Positions 22,907 through 36,298 are shown, counted from the first letter of the stretch. The stretch is DNA of 64,000 bases from Octopus sinensis (GCF_006345805.1 NC_042999.1:1922001-1986000), one strand, 5' to 3'. Numbers and translations are program-made. Notes: a model not told the origin generated them from the letters alone.

Positions 22907-23774
22907 TACAAATTAGAAAGATGCTAAAAAAAATATACAGTACAGTACTGTTTCTACTTTGTGGATTTCCATCTATCGTGGGAGGTTTTGGAACGTAGTA
23001 TCTTGGATAGTCAAAGGTTTGCTGTACATACCAGATGTAATGATGTGGTAGAGAAAAGAGGAATAATAGAAAGGCAGCGTTCATTTTACAATGTCCTGTA
23101 TCTGTATGTTTTAGAGAAAGGGAAATTCTTTTGGTACGGTGATCAATGTTGATTTATTGAAATGGTTAGCTAGTGTTAGGGAACATATTTTGCTGGCAGC
23201 CAGGTTATGAAAATAGAATCAGTTGAAGTTATTCACATGGTAAAAGAATTTCGTTTGCAGCCATGCATTGTTGACTATCTTTCAGCTTCGATTATCTTGT
23301 CAATCTTGTCTTGCCTCCCAGATTTCTCGTTGGTTGTAGGTCTCCAGTTGCTGTTCAAAACTATCTACTTTGTATCAACTATTCTTGGCTGCCAACAAGA
23401 AGTGTGATTGGATAAGTTTATATTGATCAATCACATCCACAAATTATTTTGAAGATTTTAAACATTCCTACTTGTTTAGAAAGAAAACAATTGGTCAGAT
23501 TTTTGCTGAAGTCATTCAAGCAATTTGATAACCAGTTCTTGGGTGTCGATGTCGTGATTTTTTTTTCATGATGTCATCACTCAATTTAAACATCCTGCTT
23601 TAGAGTTTACTAAATTCATCTAATTGAAAAATAAATCCAGATACAATTTAGAGCACAGACTTGCTACATTGTCATGGTAAATGGAACATACTTCTTGACA
23701 CGGTTCTTAATTCGAGAAAGAAATGAAACTTGAAAGTAAGGTTTAGGAATTCGAAGTGGCAATCTTAGATATCT

Positions 23775-24165
23775 CTTTTACCCTTTTACTTGTTTCAGTC
23801 ATTTGACTGTGGCCATGCTGGAGCACCGCATTTAGTCGATCGAGCAAATCGACCCCAGGACTTATTCTTTGGAAGCCTAGTACTTATTCTATCAGTCTCT
23901 TTTGCCAAACCGCTAAGTTACGGGGACGTAAACACACCAGCATCGGTTGTCAAGCGATGTTGGGTGGACAGCACAGACACACAAACGTATACACACACAC
24001 ATATACGAGGGGCTTCTTTCAATTTCTGTCTACCAAATCCACTCACAAAGCTTTGGTCGGCCCAAGGCTATAGTAGAAGACGCTTGCCCAAGATGCCACG
24101 CAGTGGGACTGAACCTGGAACCATGTGGTTCGTAAGCAAGCTACTTACCACACAGTCATTCCTAC
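23775..24165 (-). mobile_element. SINE family A
   Basis: As above. Confidence 0.9.
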
Positions 24166-24965
24166 ACCTGGAGATGTATATGACTTCAGATAGGTGCAGA
24201 ACGTTACCAGATTGTTATAACCTCATCATTTCCAAATCGTAAATAGAATATACAATTTCAAGAAAATTGAGCTGATGAAAAATGGAAGTGTACAGAGATA
24301 GGCAGGATTCGAACTTAGAACGTAAAATGGTGTATGAAAAGAAATACTGCAAAGCATTTAGTCCAATGCTTTCATGATTGTCAATTCACATTATTTTCTG
24401 TTTGTAATCGTATTTATTCTATTTTTACTTTTAAATGCTCTTTTTCTTAGTTGAAATTGTTTATTGCACATTGGGCAGTAACTTGAGTGGTGTTCATTAT
24501 ATTGTATTATACTACGTTTCTTATTTACATAATAAATGTATTTTAAAAATACTATAAACAAGAGAAAATGTTCAATAATGACATCTTAAATTCGTAGTTG
24601 CTTTTATTTTGGAAGTTTATTGTAATTCGTTTGGAAACATTTATAAAAGAGGTCTTTTTTTTTTCTTTAAAAAATGGCAGAACATGCTGAATTTGATTCT
24701 TTGATTTAGACAAAAAAAGAAAAGAAAAAAAGCTTTCAACATAATCTGGGAATATAGAATGCTAAAAGAACATTATGACATAATGTTGCAAGGCCAAAAA
24801 AAAGTTCTTTTCATATCAACTTTTTTATAAACGATACAATTAGGGACTCCTTTAAATCTGTTGAATGATAACATAAGTAATTTGTTAGAAGAGAAACATT
24901 AACTCTTACTCAATTTAACATGAAAATAAATATCAATTATGTGTATTCATGCATGTGTGTTAAGT

Positions 24966-25318
24966 AGCATGGTTCCGGGTTCATTCCCACTGCATGGCAC
25001 CTTGGGCAAGTGTTTTCTACTATAGCCTCGGGCCGACCAAAGCCTCGTGAGTGGATTTAGTAGACGGAAACTGAAAGAAGCCCGTCGTATATATGTATAT
25101 GTGTATATGTTTGTGTGTCTGTGTTTGTCTCCCCCCCCCCCAACATCGCGTGACAACCGATGCTGGTGTGTTTACGTCCCCGTAACTTAGCGGTTCGGCA
25201 AAAGAGACCGATATAATAAGTACTAGGCTTACAAAGGATAAGTCCTGGGGTCGATTTGCTCGACTAAAGGCGGTGCTCCAGCATGACCACAGTCAAATGA
25301 CTGAAACAAGTAAAAGAG
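24966..25318 (+). mobile_element. SINE family A
   Basis: As above. Confidence 0.9.
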
Positions 25319-25354
25319 TTATCTCTCTCTCATTGTGTGTATGTACCTACCTAT

Positions 25355-25590
25355 CTTATATCTTTACTGCCCACAAAGGGCTACACACAGAGGGGACAAA
25401 CAAGGATAGACAAACGGATTAAGTTGATTATATCGATCCCAGTGCGTAACTGGTACTTATTTAATCAACACCGAAAGGATGAAAGGCAAAGTCAACCTCG
25501 GCGGAATTTGAACTCAGAACATAAAGACAGACAAAATGCTGCTAGGCATTTCACCCAGCATGCTAACGTTTCTGCCAGCTCGCCACCTTT
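25355..25590 (-). mobile_element. SINE family B monomer
   Basis: As for the other family B copies. Confidence 0.88.
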
Positions 25591-26323
25591 CTACCTACAT
25601 ATCTACCTACCTACCTATCTACCTACATACCTACCTACTTACTTATCTACCTACCTATCTATTTATCCATGCATCCCACCAGGAACTACGTCCATAAATC
25701 TTTACAGGGTGACAAGCTAATCCCAGCAGATCTAAGACCAAACTGACCTCGGACAAAAGGTTGAACCCTTAAAGAAGTCACGGATGGCTAATGCATACAC
25801 ACACACAAGCAGTTGTGCAGGTGTGCACACACTCACACACAAACACCTCGTTTACTCTCACCTTTATCTTCTCTTCTAAGTAAACCCGTATACATACACA
25901 CATGCAAACATACATACACAAAGGCATAAGACTACTACTTGGACAGACTTAGGGCAGATTTTGAAGAGAGAGAAATCCTTGAAGAGGCGGTGAATAGCGA
26001 AGAAAGGACTTTGAATAACAAACAACCGATTGATTTTTAACCAGCACATTAAACAAACAAGCGATTAAATGATTGATTAGATATTTAAGCAATTGTCTCG
26101 CAATGAAGTGGTATTGAACCAGTGCATGTGTCATTGGGATAATGACCCTCTGATGACACAAGATATGTATGTATAATAAATAGTTTTACTAGAAGACTGA
26201 CAGTGACTTTGAAATTTCGGATAGCTAACATTCGCCAGAAAGTCCAAAGAAGGCCAGTAGGCCGAATATTCGAAGTCACTGTCACCATTCTTCTTGTAGA
26301 GGTTTAATTCATTGTGTAATACT

Positions 26324-26609
26324 CTTTTCCTTTTTACTCTTTTACTTGTTTCAGTCATTTGACTGTAGCCATGCTGGAGCACCACCTTTAGTCGAGCAAA
26401 TCGACCCCAGGACTTATTGGTTGTAAGCCTAGTACTTATTCTATCACTCTCTTTTGCTGAGCCGCTAAGTTACGGGGACGTAAACACACCAGCATCTGTT
26501 GTCAAGTGATGTTGGCGGACAAACACAGACACACAAACATACACACACACACACACACACACACATACATACATACATATATATATATACACATACACAT
26601 GATGATGAT

Positions 26610-26642
<33 letters not shown>

Positions 26643-26793
26643 CAACGGGCTTCTTTCAGTTTCTGTCTACCAAATCCATTCACAAGGCTTTGGTTGGCCC
26701 GAGGCTATAGTAGAAGACACTAGCCCAAGGTGCCACACAGTGGGACTGAACCCAGAACCATGTGGTTCGTAAGCAAGCTACTTATCACACAGC
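26324..26793 (-). mobile_element. SINE family A with expanded internal microsatellite
   Basis: As above. Confidence 0.9.
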
Positions 26794-26863
26794 TATAAGA
26801 AAAACCTATAAAAAAAAGTCTTCAATTCAATATTGTTTTTATTATGACTCAACATAAAAACAA

Positions 26864-26905
<42 letters not shown>

Positions 26906-27127
26906 CTGCACTTAAACTGATATATTTGGGGGTGGATTTTGTGTTTTAATTAGATTAATGTGTTTCTTCATTTACACAACATGCAACTTTGATTTTATTA
27001 CTAGTTTCTCTTCTCTCCTTGATCTCGTTGTATAAATCGGGATTGTTTATTGTTTTGTAGATAAATAGGGATTATTTCTAACAGCCATAAATCTGAATCT
27101 TCTTCATATATTATGCTTTTATTGGCT

Positions 27128-27528
27128 AAGTAGCAGTATCGCCCGGCGTTGCTCGGGTTTGTTTCGACCCTTTAGAATTGGAATTTTTTCGAAAAGTAAA
27201 AATTTTGCATTATGTAGCTTGTTATTCTCTTTAAGTGAACATTTTTCTGGTTGAAATACACCGAAAAATGGCGACACAGCAGTAAAAAAGTCGTAAAAAA
27301 TAGGGATTTTCATGGGAAAAAAGCACCTTTTTGATGTAAATAATTTTTGGTGTTAACATGGTCCAATTTGAATTTTTACTTCTACGGCAGGAAGAGCAAG
27401 CCTTCTTTTATCATACTCTCAATTTTGGTCAACTTGCACCGCAGGGTCTCGGAGGAGATAGTGTTAGTTGAAGGCTACCAAACCGGCCATACACAGACAG
27501 ACAACTTCAGCTTTATATATAGAGAGAT
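27128..27528 (+). mobile_element. Helentron-associated (HINE/DINE-1-like) non-autonomous element
   Basis: 5' end agtagcagtatcgcccggcgttgctcggg with a GC hairpin; 3' end acagacagacaacttcagctttatatatagag; layout resembles DINE-1/Lep1-type elements. Confidence 0.6.
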
Positions 27529-27879
27529 AACGCGAAACAGTATGATAAAAAAAAGAATGGCCCCAATTTCAATCAAATCCTGACGTTCCTCCCAAATGAC
27601 ACAGACTTCTTTTCTCTGTAATCCTCATTCAATTTCCTGAAAATTTTAACAATTCCGACTGATGATGTAAATAATTCTTATATTTGAATAATATTTATCT
27701 TAGAAACAAAATTCAATTTAACCTTATATATTTTTTTGCCCTTTCTACATCAATTTCTCCTTGTCTTACTTCTCTGATAAACACAACATTTTTCAGTTTT
27801 CCTATGAGTTCCTTTCATATCATTAAGTTTTTAAGTATATTTTCCATCACAGTAATTGAAAGTTGACAAACAAACAGTA

Positions 27880-28110
27880 TATACACACACATCACACACA
27901 CACACACAATATACACACATACATATACACACACACATATATATGCACATACATATACACACACATATACATACATAGACACACACATATACACGCACAT
28001 ATACACATACACATACACATATATATATGCACACGTATATACACATACAGATATATATGCACATACATATATATACACATAAGCACATATACACACACAC
28101 ACATATATAC

Positions 28111-28141
<31 letters not shown>

Positions 28142-28370
28142 TATATACATATATACATATATACATACATATATATACACACATACATATATACACACAT
28201 ATATATACACACATTATATACACACATACACATATATACATACGTATATATATGCACATGTACATATATATGCACATATATATATAATGTCAATCTGAAT
28301 GTAGATGTATGAGTGTGTTTATACATATCTGTGCATGGTTTCATATATATATAGACACACACACACACAC
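27880..28370. repeat. Compound (CA)/(TA) microsatellite
   Basis: Directly visible; source of the spurious HTY/VCM ORFs. Confidence 0.95.
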
Positions 28371-28702
28371 AATGTATTTATAGCATCTCTGTAGTGTTGC
28401 CATATTGCACACTTTCATGACAAAAGTAATCTTTAAATTGCGTAAAGAAAGAACATTATATAGGATATATTAACATAATACAGCTAGAATACTTAGCAAC
28501 CGCTTCACTCAAAAAAGGTGAACACTTTTATTTACCACAATGAAAATTGAAAATACACTGTATTAGTCAATATTTTAGATGTATTTAATTTTGTCGCTTT
28601 AAAGTAGGAAACGTCACTTTATTTATCCTCTTTCTATGTAACTTACAATATTTGAAACAACTGTAGATAGTCGAAAGGAGACAGGGGTTTAAATGTTTTC
28701 AT

Positions 28703-28745
28703 CTCCGCTGATGAACGTGAGAAGCATACGAAACCTCGTATGGAG
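28703..28745 (+). ncRNA. Type-I hammerhead ribozyme motif (independent family)
   Basis: ctccg-CTGATGA-acgtgagaagcatac-GAAAC-ctc-GTA-tggag; stem I CTCCG/TGGAG; stem II degenerate. Confidence 0.6.
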
Positions 28746-29566
28746 GAATCAGATATTTAGTATCATATTTTCTACTATAGATCGTGTTGATTTTCAATAT
28801 AATTGTGTAAATGTTCACATATTTAAATAGTTCTAATATCATTATTATTATCATTATTATTATTATTGTTTTGTTACAATGTAAAAGGCATTCAAGATAA
28901 AATCATTTTATATGCTGAAACGTTACAGCATTGTAAGCATTACATATAGTATAGGTGCAGGTGTGTGTGGTAAGAAGTTTGCTTCTTGGTCACATGGTTC
29001 CGAGTTCAGTCCCACTGTGTGGAACCTTGGCCAATTGTCTTCTATATGCTTGGGCCAACCGAAGCCTTGTGAGTGGATTAGGTAGACGAAAACTGAAAGA
29101 ATCATATTGTGTGTGTGTGATTATACCCCCGTGACATAGCAGTTCGGCAAAAGTGAACGATAGAATAAGTTCCAAGGTTTTACAAAATATAAGTATTGGT
29201 GTTGATTCGTTTGACAAGACTTCTTCAATGCAGTGCCTCAGCATGGCCACAATCTAATGGTTGAAACAAGTAAAGAATAACTGTCTTATATATATTTTGG
29301 TTGATCCATGTGATAGAGAGAAATGTAGTTTTTACGTACAGAGACAGAAAAAGCACGATCTTCTGAAACTGTGACTAACACTGCAATAAAGAGTATAGGT
29401 GGAATGTGGTCTGTAACCTATGAAGGATCTACTAATCGGCTGGCAACTACTCATATGGTAACCATCCATAAACCAGAAGACACCATTGTGCACCCAACAG
29501 GTGACAAGGTCTCCAATCTCTCAGTTTGTAGTGCTTTAAGACAGTTGCTTAATTGAACTATTTCCA

Positions 29567-29700
29567 TTTCAGTTCTATATTTAAGAGATGAGGAATTATG
29601 TACATTGTTTACATTTGGTGGATATTTGTTCTCATCTTGTTTGCTGTTAACACAATGTTTCGGCTGATATACCCTCCATATGGCATAGGGGTTAAGAGCT
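29567..29700 (-). mobile_element. Family E fragment: inverted tail joined to the start of a tRNA head
   Basis: The minus-strand tail, from the hammerhead loop (cagccGAAACattgtgtt) to tatagaact, abuts plus-strand catatggcataggggttaagagc. Confidence 0.75.
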
Positions 29701-30311
29701 TGTAAGCATTATAGGGCCGATTGCATTGATTTAATTGGGGATCTATAATGCTGCTGAGACGGCCTTGTCCACCATTCAACTATGTGTCAGCAACACAGAC
29801 TTTCTGTTGCTCTGGTTCAAAGCCATTTTCCTTTATTTTCACGAATGATCTACTGTCTTTACAATTTTCTGAACTCCACCAACACTGAGCAATTGTGCAG
29901 TCATCCCTCGTTCAGGATCAAGGACATTAACCCTTACTTCAACCCATTTTGAATTCATAGCCCTCTGTCTCTCTGTCACTTTGCCAGTTAAAACTCTAAT
30001 TGGTTCTTGTACTCTGCAACCGGTACCGATGAAGAGACTGAATATTTTGCAATCCTAAACTCTCTGCAACAATTATTTTCTTAATTAATTCGCACACACA
30101 TACCCAAAATGCTAAATCTCAGAATGTCTGATAACTATCAAATCTTGGCTGCCTTTGATCATCGATATATACGGTGCTGACCACATGCTCTAGAACTCTG
30201 GGTCACTTTAAGTCAGTTAATTTCGAGCTCCTTGTGTTTTCTCCAAGGTATCATTGACAGCATATTTGCTTCTCATAGACTAGTCTAAGATGGGTATTGA
30301 CCGAAATCATT

Positions 30312-30545
30312 ACCTATTTCTTTACTACCCACAAGGGGCTAATCAAAGAGAGGACAAACAAAGACAGACAAACAGATTAAGCCGATTTTACCGACCCAAG
30401 TGCGTAATTGGTACTTATTTTATCGACCCCGAAAGGAGGAAAGACAAAGTCGGCCTTGGCGGAATTTGAACCCAGAACGTAACGGCAGACGAAATACGAC
30501 TAAGCATTACGCCCGGCGTGCTAACGTTTCTGCCAGCTCACCGAA
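30312..30545 (-). mobile_element. SINE family B monomer
   Basis: As for the other family B copies. Confidence 0.88.
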
Positions 30546-30638
30546 ATCATTGCCTCAAAAATGTGTCTTCAAAACACATAACCCAAACTACTCAAGTGTT
30601 TCATACCCATGTGCTGGAACAATGCTGATAAAGAGCGG

Positions 30639-30839
30639 TTATACAACACCTAGAAAAATTGCTGACAGGGTAACCGTTTCCCCACTAATGCACCTCTTGT
30701 ACAATTGTGATCTATTACAGAATACACCATCGTACCTCATGTGGACTGCAAAGTCTCCCACTTCCCAAATTGCAGGTATTCCATTAGGACTCTTGTCGTA
30801 ACAATCTAACCCAACTTTGTAGAATGCTCCAATCACCAT
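30639..30839 (-). pseudogene. Possible decayed LINE APE endonuclease fragment
   Basis: VIGAFY...SP...VGDFAVH resembles the APE motifs VIG.FYR.P and GDFN.H. Confidence 0.35.
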
Positions 30840-31759
30840 CCATTAGCTAAAGGGCTCATAGGGCAGATACAGCACAACTTCACTTGAGTCAAGTTTCACA
30901 TTGCAAACTCGATAAATTCCAATAAAACTTTCCTCCTCCACTCCACCATTTCATGACTATGGATACACACCAAGTTCGAAACACTTTCGGTCTTTCCCAA
31001 CCCAACGAGGCCATCAATTCTGACATGTTTCATTCCTTACCCTCATACAGATCTAGGATTTATCTTCATCAGGTTCTTCAATATTTTCATTTCTAAAGAG
31101 TATCGTATCCAAAATCTTTCGACACCTGTAGCATTCTAAACAAGAGCAATCTCTCTGACCCGACCAGCTATCGAACTCTTATTCCCCCTTGTCGCATGTT
31201 TAAAAATTACACCAACATTCATTATTATCAATTAGCTACTCCGACATCTCGTGTATCTTTACCTCCACATTATTACCCTGTAACGTTTTTAATATTTCAC
31301 TCCTAATTTATAATTCTCTATGCTGACTGACAATTAAGTTTATGGAAATTACTTTATGAAGTTGATGAATAAGTTTATGGAAATTAGATTATTGCTACTT
31401 TTTATGGCCTTTCTTGCCAAATAAGTGCGAGTCTTGCCCATACATCATTTACTGTAAAGAGTAAATAATGGCTTGATAACTCATCTTCATATATTTTCTT
31501 TGATAAAATTAGTTAAAACTGAAGGCAAAATGTAAGTAACCAGGTATTTCTAATTGTTTAGTTCAGCTAGCATCATAGAGTAATTAAGTAAACTCTATGC
31601 TAACCAACAATGAAACCTCTATACATTTGGTATACTTGTAGAAATGATAGCTAAATCTCCCTCAAGTCACATATTAGGGACTTAACCCTTTTGTTACTAT
31701 ATATATCTGTTTAAATACACTGTTTTTGTTTTATTTAATTTTGAAAAGAATGCGCTTTT

Positions 31760-31939
31760 ATTCTTTTACTTGTTTCAGTCATTTGACTGCGGCCATGCTG
31801 GAGCACTGCCTTTAGTCGAGCAAATCGACACCAGGACTTATTCTATTGGTCTCTTTTGCTGAACTGCTAAGTTACAGGGATGTAAACACACCAACATCGG
31901 TTGTCAAGCAATGTTGGGGGAACAAACACAGACACACAA

Positions 31940-31976
<37 letters not shown>

Positions 31977-32130
31977 CATATATATAACAGGCTTCTTTCA
32001 GTTTCCATCTACCAAATCCACTCACAAGGCTTTGGTCGGTCCGAGGCTATAGTAGAAGACACTTGCCCAAGGTGCCACACAGTGGGAATGAACCCGGAAC
32101 CATGTGGTCACCATACAGCCACTCCTGCGC
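31760..32130 (-). mobile_element. SINE family A inside a partial piggyBac-type MITE
   Basis: Flanks ttaacccttttgttact (31682) and tttagtaaaataact match the 50666 MITE. Confidence 0.8.
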
Positions 32131-32484
32131 CTATGTTAAATTTAGTAAAATAACTTTGCCATTATTAAGCTTGTGCTTGAAATATATATTAGCATGAAAT
32201 TTTAATGGGGGGATTTAATTTCAATAACTTTAAAACAGTTTGAATTGGTGATAATTTCAGGGTATTTTTGATTATGTTATTCTCTGATTGACAAAATATT
32301 TTCAGCCAGTCACAGCCAGACACCTTTGACTAATAGCCCGCTTGATTTAGCTGGCATGGGGGTTATATAATAAAAGATAAAATGTGGATAAGCTGGATCT
32401 GCTATCTACTTTAATTCTTAGAGTTAATTTTTTTTACTCCGCTAATATCCGCTTTCCTCATATGAAGCATAAACATATAATATA

Positions 32485-32705
32485 TCTTTCTTTACTACCC
32501 ACAAGGGGCCAAACATAGAGGGGATAAACTAGAACAGACAAACAGATTAAGTCAATTACATCGACCCCAGGGCGTAACAGGTACTTAATTTATCGACCCC
32601 GAAAGGATGAAAGGCAAAGTGGGATTTGAACTCAAAACGTAACGGCAGATGAAATACGGCTACGCATTTCGCCCGGCGTGCTAACGATTCTGCCAGCTCA
32701 CCTCC
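32485..32705 (-). mobile_element. SINE family B monomer
   Basis: As for the other family B copies. Confidence 0.88.
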
Positions 32706-33663
32706 ATAAACATATAATATATGCCTTTAACATCCATCTTCCATGCTGGAAAATGTTAGCTGCTTTGACAGGATTCACTGAGTTCAAGGACTATATCATC
32801 TTATAATCTCAATTTTGCTGTGGTTTCTATTGCTGGATGGCCTTCATACACTAACAAAGGGTACAGGGTGGATTTTCCCCCCTATTTTTTCAAGGCACCA
32901 GCCTTAGTGAGGTCTATAAAATTATGTAGTATGTATATCACTCTAGATTTTTCAAACTAATGTTTGGATGAAGATTGATTTTTAAAAAAAATATTTTTCT
33001 TGTTATTTATAAATGAATATCAATGCAAATTTGAGTATAATTTGTTAAAGATGTCAAAACATCTTGTTGTTTACATCAATGAGATTACAGAAAGAAACCA
33101 TTACCTTGTATGCGTGACTGAACCCAGCTTCTCACTTAATTAACGTTTGGAGACCCAAAGTTTACCAAGTAACAACGTAAACACAAAGCTTGATTCGTGA
33201 TTAATTCCTGTTACTAGTAATAATAATAATACTCAAACAGACTTCAATGAGAAAATCATTATCAGATTTTGATGAATTACGCATTTTATTTTCACTGACA
33301 TTTCGGAACTAGTCTTGCATCTGAAGCCGAATTCTATGTAGAGAGAAAAATCATCGAAAACATCTCAAGTTGAAATATTCACTGAGAAGAAGTTTATAAA
33401 GTGTAATTCTTGAAATTTTATCTTAAATAATTTTTTGAGGTTTGCTTTTTACAGAAATTGGTTTTTAATGTGAATTACACAAATGTTATAATCAAATGAA
33501 TTCAGAATTATCTGTTGTTATGGAGGAAATTTTGAAGCTTTAACTTAGTGTCTTGTGGATAATTCATTTTATATTCACTCTAAGACATCCTGAATGTTTG
33601 TCTCTCGCTCTTAATATCTTTGCATTTAAAGGTATCATGCTGGCAGAAACATTACAGCATCAG

Positions 33664-34452
33664 GCGGCGAGCTGGCAGAAACGTTAGCACGCCGGGTGAA
33701 ATGCTTCGCGGTATTTCGTCTGCTGCTATGTTCTGAGTTCAAATTCCGCCGAGGTCGACTTTGCCTTTCATCCTTTCGGGGTCGATTAAATAAGTACCAG
33801 TTATGCACTGGGGTCAATATAATCGACTAAATCCGTTTGTCTGCCCTTGTTCGTCCTCTCTGTGTTTAACCCCTTGTGGGTAGTAAAGAAATAGGTATTT
33901 CGACTGCCACTACATTCAGAGTTCAACTTCTGCCGAGGTCGACTTTGCCTTTCATCCTTTCGGGGTCGATTAAATAACTACCAGTTATGCACTGGGGTTG
34001 ATATAATCGACTTAATCCGTTTGTCTGCCCTTGTTCGTCCTCTCTGTGTTTAGCCCCTTGTGGGTAGTAAAGAAGTAGGTATTTCGACTGCCGTTACATT
34101 CTGAGTTCAAATTCCTCCGAGGTCGACTTTGCCTTTCATCCTTTCGGGGTCGATTAAATAACTACCAGTTACGCACTGGTGTCGATATAATCGACTTAAT
34201 CCGTTTGTCTGTCCTTGTTTGTCCTCTCTGTGTTTAGCCCCTTGTGGGTAGTAAAGAAATAGGTATTTCGTCTGTCTTTATGTTCTGAGTTCAAATTCCG
34301 CTGAGATCGACTTTGCCTTTCATCCCTTCGGGGTCGATTAAATAAGTACCAGTTATGCACAGGGGTCGATATAATCGAGTTAATCCGTGTGTCTGTCCTT
34401 GTTCGTCCCCTTTGTGTTTAGCCCCTTGTGGGCAATAAAGAAATAAGAATCG
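33664..34452 (+). mobile_element. SINE family B tetramer (one head, four bodies of about 184 bp) nested in an older family B copy
   Basis: Junctions aaagaaata|ggtatttcg near 33893, 34078 and 34262; 12-bp TSD ttacagcatcag (33652-33663 / 34453-34464). Confidence 0.9.
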
Positions 34453-34731
34453 TTACAGCATCAGACAACATGCTAAGTAGCACTTCTGGATCTATACATC
34501 GTGAGTTCAAATTCTGACAAGGTTGTCTTTGCCTTTCATCCCCTTTTGTGTTGATATACTATAGGACCAATTGGGTACCACAAGGTTCGATGTCCTTGAC
34601 TAACACCCTTCCTTAAAACTGCTAGCCATGAAGCAAGTTTTGAAACCATGGCAATGATTGGCAGACTCCTTAATGCATCAGGCAAAATGTGTTGCAGCAT
34701 TTCTTTCATCTGTTGTCAAGCAATGGTGGGG

Positions 34732-34763
<32 letters not shown>

Positions 34764-35013
34764 CACACACACACACACACACACAGATACACACACACAT
34801 ATGTACAATAGGCTTCTTTTAGTTTCCGTCTACCAAATCCACTCACGAGGCTTTGGTCAGCCTGAGGCTATAGTAGAAGACGCTTGCCCAAGGTGCCACG
34901 CAGTGGGACTGAACCCAAAACCATGTGGTTGGTAAGCAAGCTACTTACCACACATTCACTATTAATAGATTATAATTTACTATTCTACCAATAATCTCTC
35001 ACCATTGTCTTAC

Positions 35014-35081
35014 GGATTATAGCAGCCTCCAACTTGTAGCAAAGCAGCATAGTAGATCAGTCTTTTATAAATCTTGTAGTA
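35014..35081 (-). CDS. Possible internal exon (YYKIYKRLIYYAALLQVGGCYNP)
   Basis: Donor CC|gtaaga; phase-compatible with the 35556 exon; weak acceptor; a plus-strand reading is also open. Confidence 0.3.
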
Positions 35082-35555
35082 CTAATTTCATTGAGGAGTT
35101 TTTGAAATTGCCAATATATTCTTGGGTCACCCAGTTTGTAAGGCAGTGAATTCATTTGGCAAATTTTAGCTTTTGCTTTTCATAATTGTAACTATTTCAG
35201 TTAAAAGTTATGATGTTAGGATGCTTCCTGGGAATATAAATATCTGAGTAAATTAAGATTCTCCAGTTGTTTTAGAAACAAGGTTTTATCAGATTCATGT
35301 CGTGTGAATTGCATGAAATAACTGGAATTAAATTGAAATTCAAAATCCCTGACATGATTAGAATTTAAAGAAAAACGAAGAAATCTTAGAATTTTGATAT
35401 TGATTTTTTTTCCGGATTGTTTTTGTAGGACTAACATTAAATTTCTTTTGGATATTTCTTTTTCTTTTTCTTTTCTATTTTTCAACCATTTTAAAAAACT
35501 TTTGCAGTAATTAAATATTTAAAAAATTATTACTCTCAAACAATTATGTGCCTAC

Positions 35556-35697
35556 ATTTTCCAATTCCTGTAAAGACAATTTGAACAAAGTACACTCTGC
35601 TGTTGATCCAGTGTTAAGAATGGAAGGTGCCATAATCCTTGACACAGGAAAGTTGTTATCAAGATGAGAAAGTGAACTTGAGTACTTCACGATAACC
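35556..35697 (-). CDS. Possible internal exon (VIVKYSSSLSHLDNNFPVSRIMAPSILNTGSTAECTLFKLSLQELEN)
   Basis: Acceptor tttttaattaaaatcattgccag|G; donor AAT|gtaggc; open frame; non-repetitive sequence. Confidence 0.4.
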
Positions 35698-36124
35698 CTG
35701 GCAATGATTTTAATTAAAAATGAATGTGTTACTTTATATTCAATAATGCAATGTAACAATGCTGCAATAATATTTGGCTTTATTTTAGACTGTTGGGTCA
35801 TAACTTGGCACAGACATCATGACAAATTAGATTTTTGAAAGAAATTTATTAGATTTTCATATACCTCTACGTATGGTTAACAACATATGTCCATTAATTA
35901 AAACATGTGCACACAATTATACAAATGTACACCCAGAAGTAGCTTATAGTTTAAAGTGCAGCTCTCTCATCATTCACAAACGCAGTTTCTCATATATTAT
36001 ATTTGGTATAACTATTTCAGTTTTGAAGAAGACAATTGCATAAAAAGACTGAGGAAGGCGTCATGGAACCTGCCATAAGATGACAAATAAATGATTTATG
36101 TTTCTCAGACTATTGAATGAAAGT

Positions 36125-36298
36125 TTCATCATCATCATCATCGTTTAACGTCCACTTTCCATGCTAGCATGGGTTGGACAATTTGACTGAGGACTGGCAA
36201 ACCAGACTCCAATCTGATCTGGCAGAGTTTCTACAGCTGGATGCCCTTCTTAATGCCAACCACTCCAAGAGTGTAATGGGTGCTTTTGCGTGCCAGCA
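36125..36298 (-). mobile_element. Family C retroposon
   Basis: Reverse complement of the family C body with the (GAT)n tail. Confidence 0.85.

Noticed and set aside
23160-23720. Protein-like minus-strand stretch
   Set aside because: Multiple in-frame stops and no identifiable family; at most an unassigned fossil.
31028-31075. Minus-strand CTGATGA...GAAACATGTC hammerhead-like match
   Set aside because: Neither stem I nor stem II pairs.
35000-36090. Plus-strand exon chain (for example ending FEEDNCIKRLRKASWNLP-stop with AATAAA)
   Set aside because: Splice-like signals exist but the phases do not join without stops; the minus-strand reading fits better, though neither is proven.
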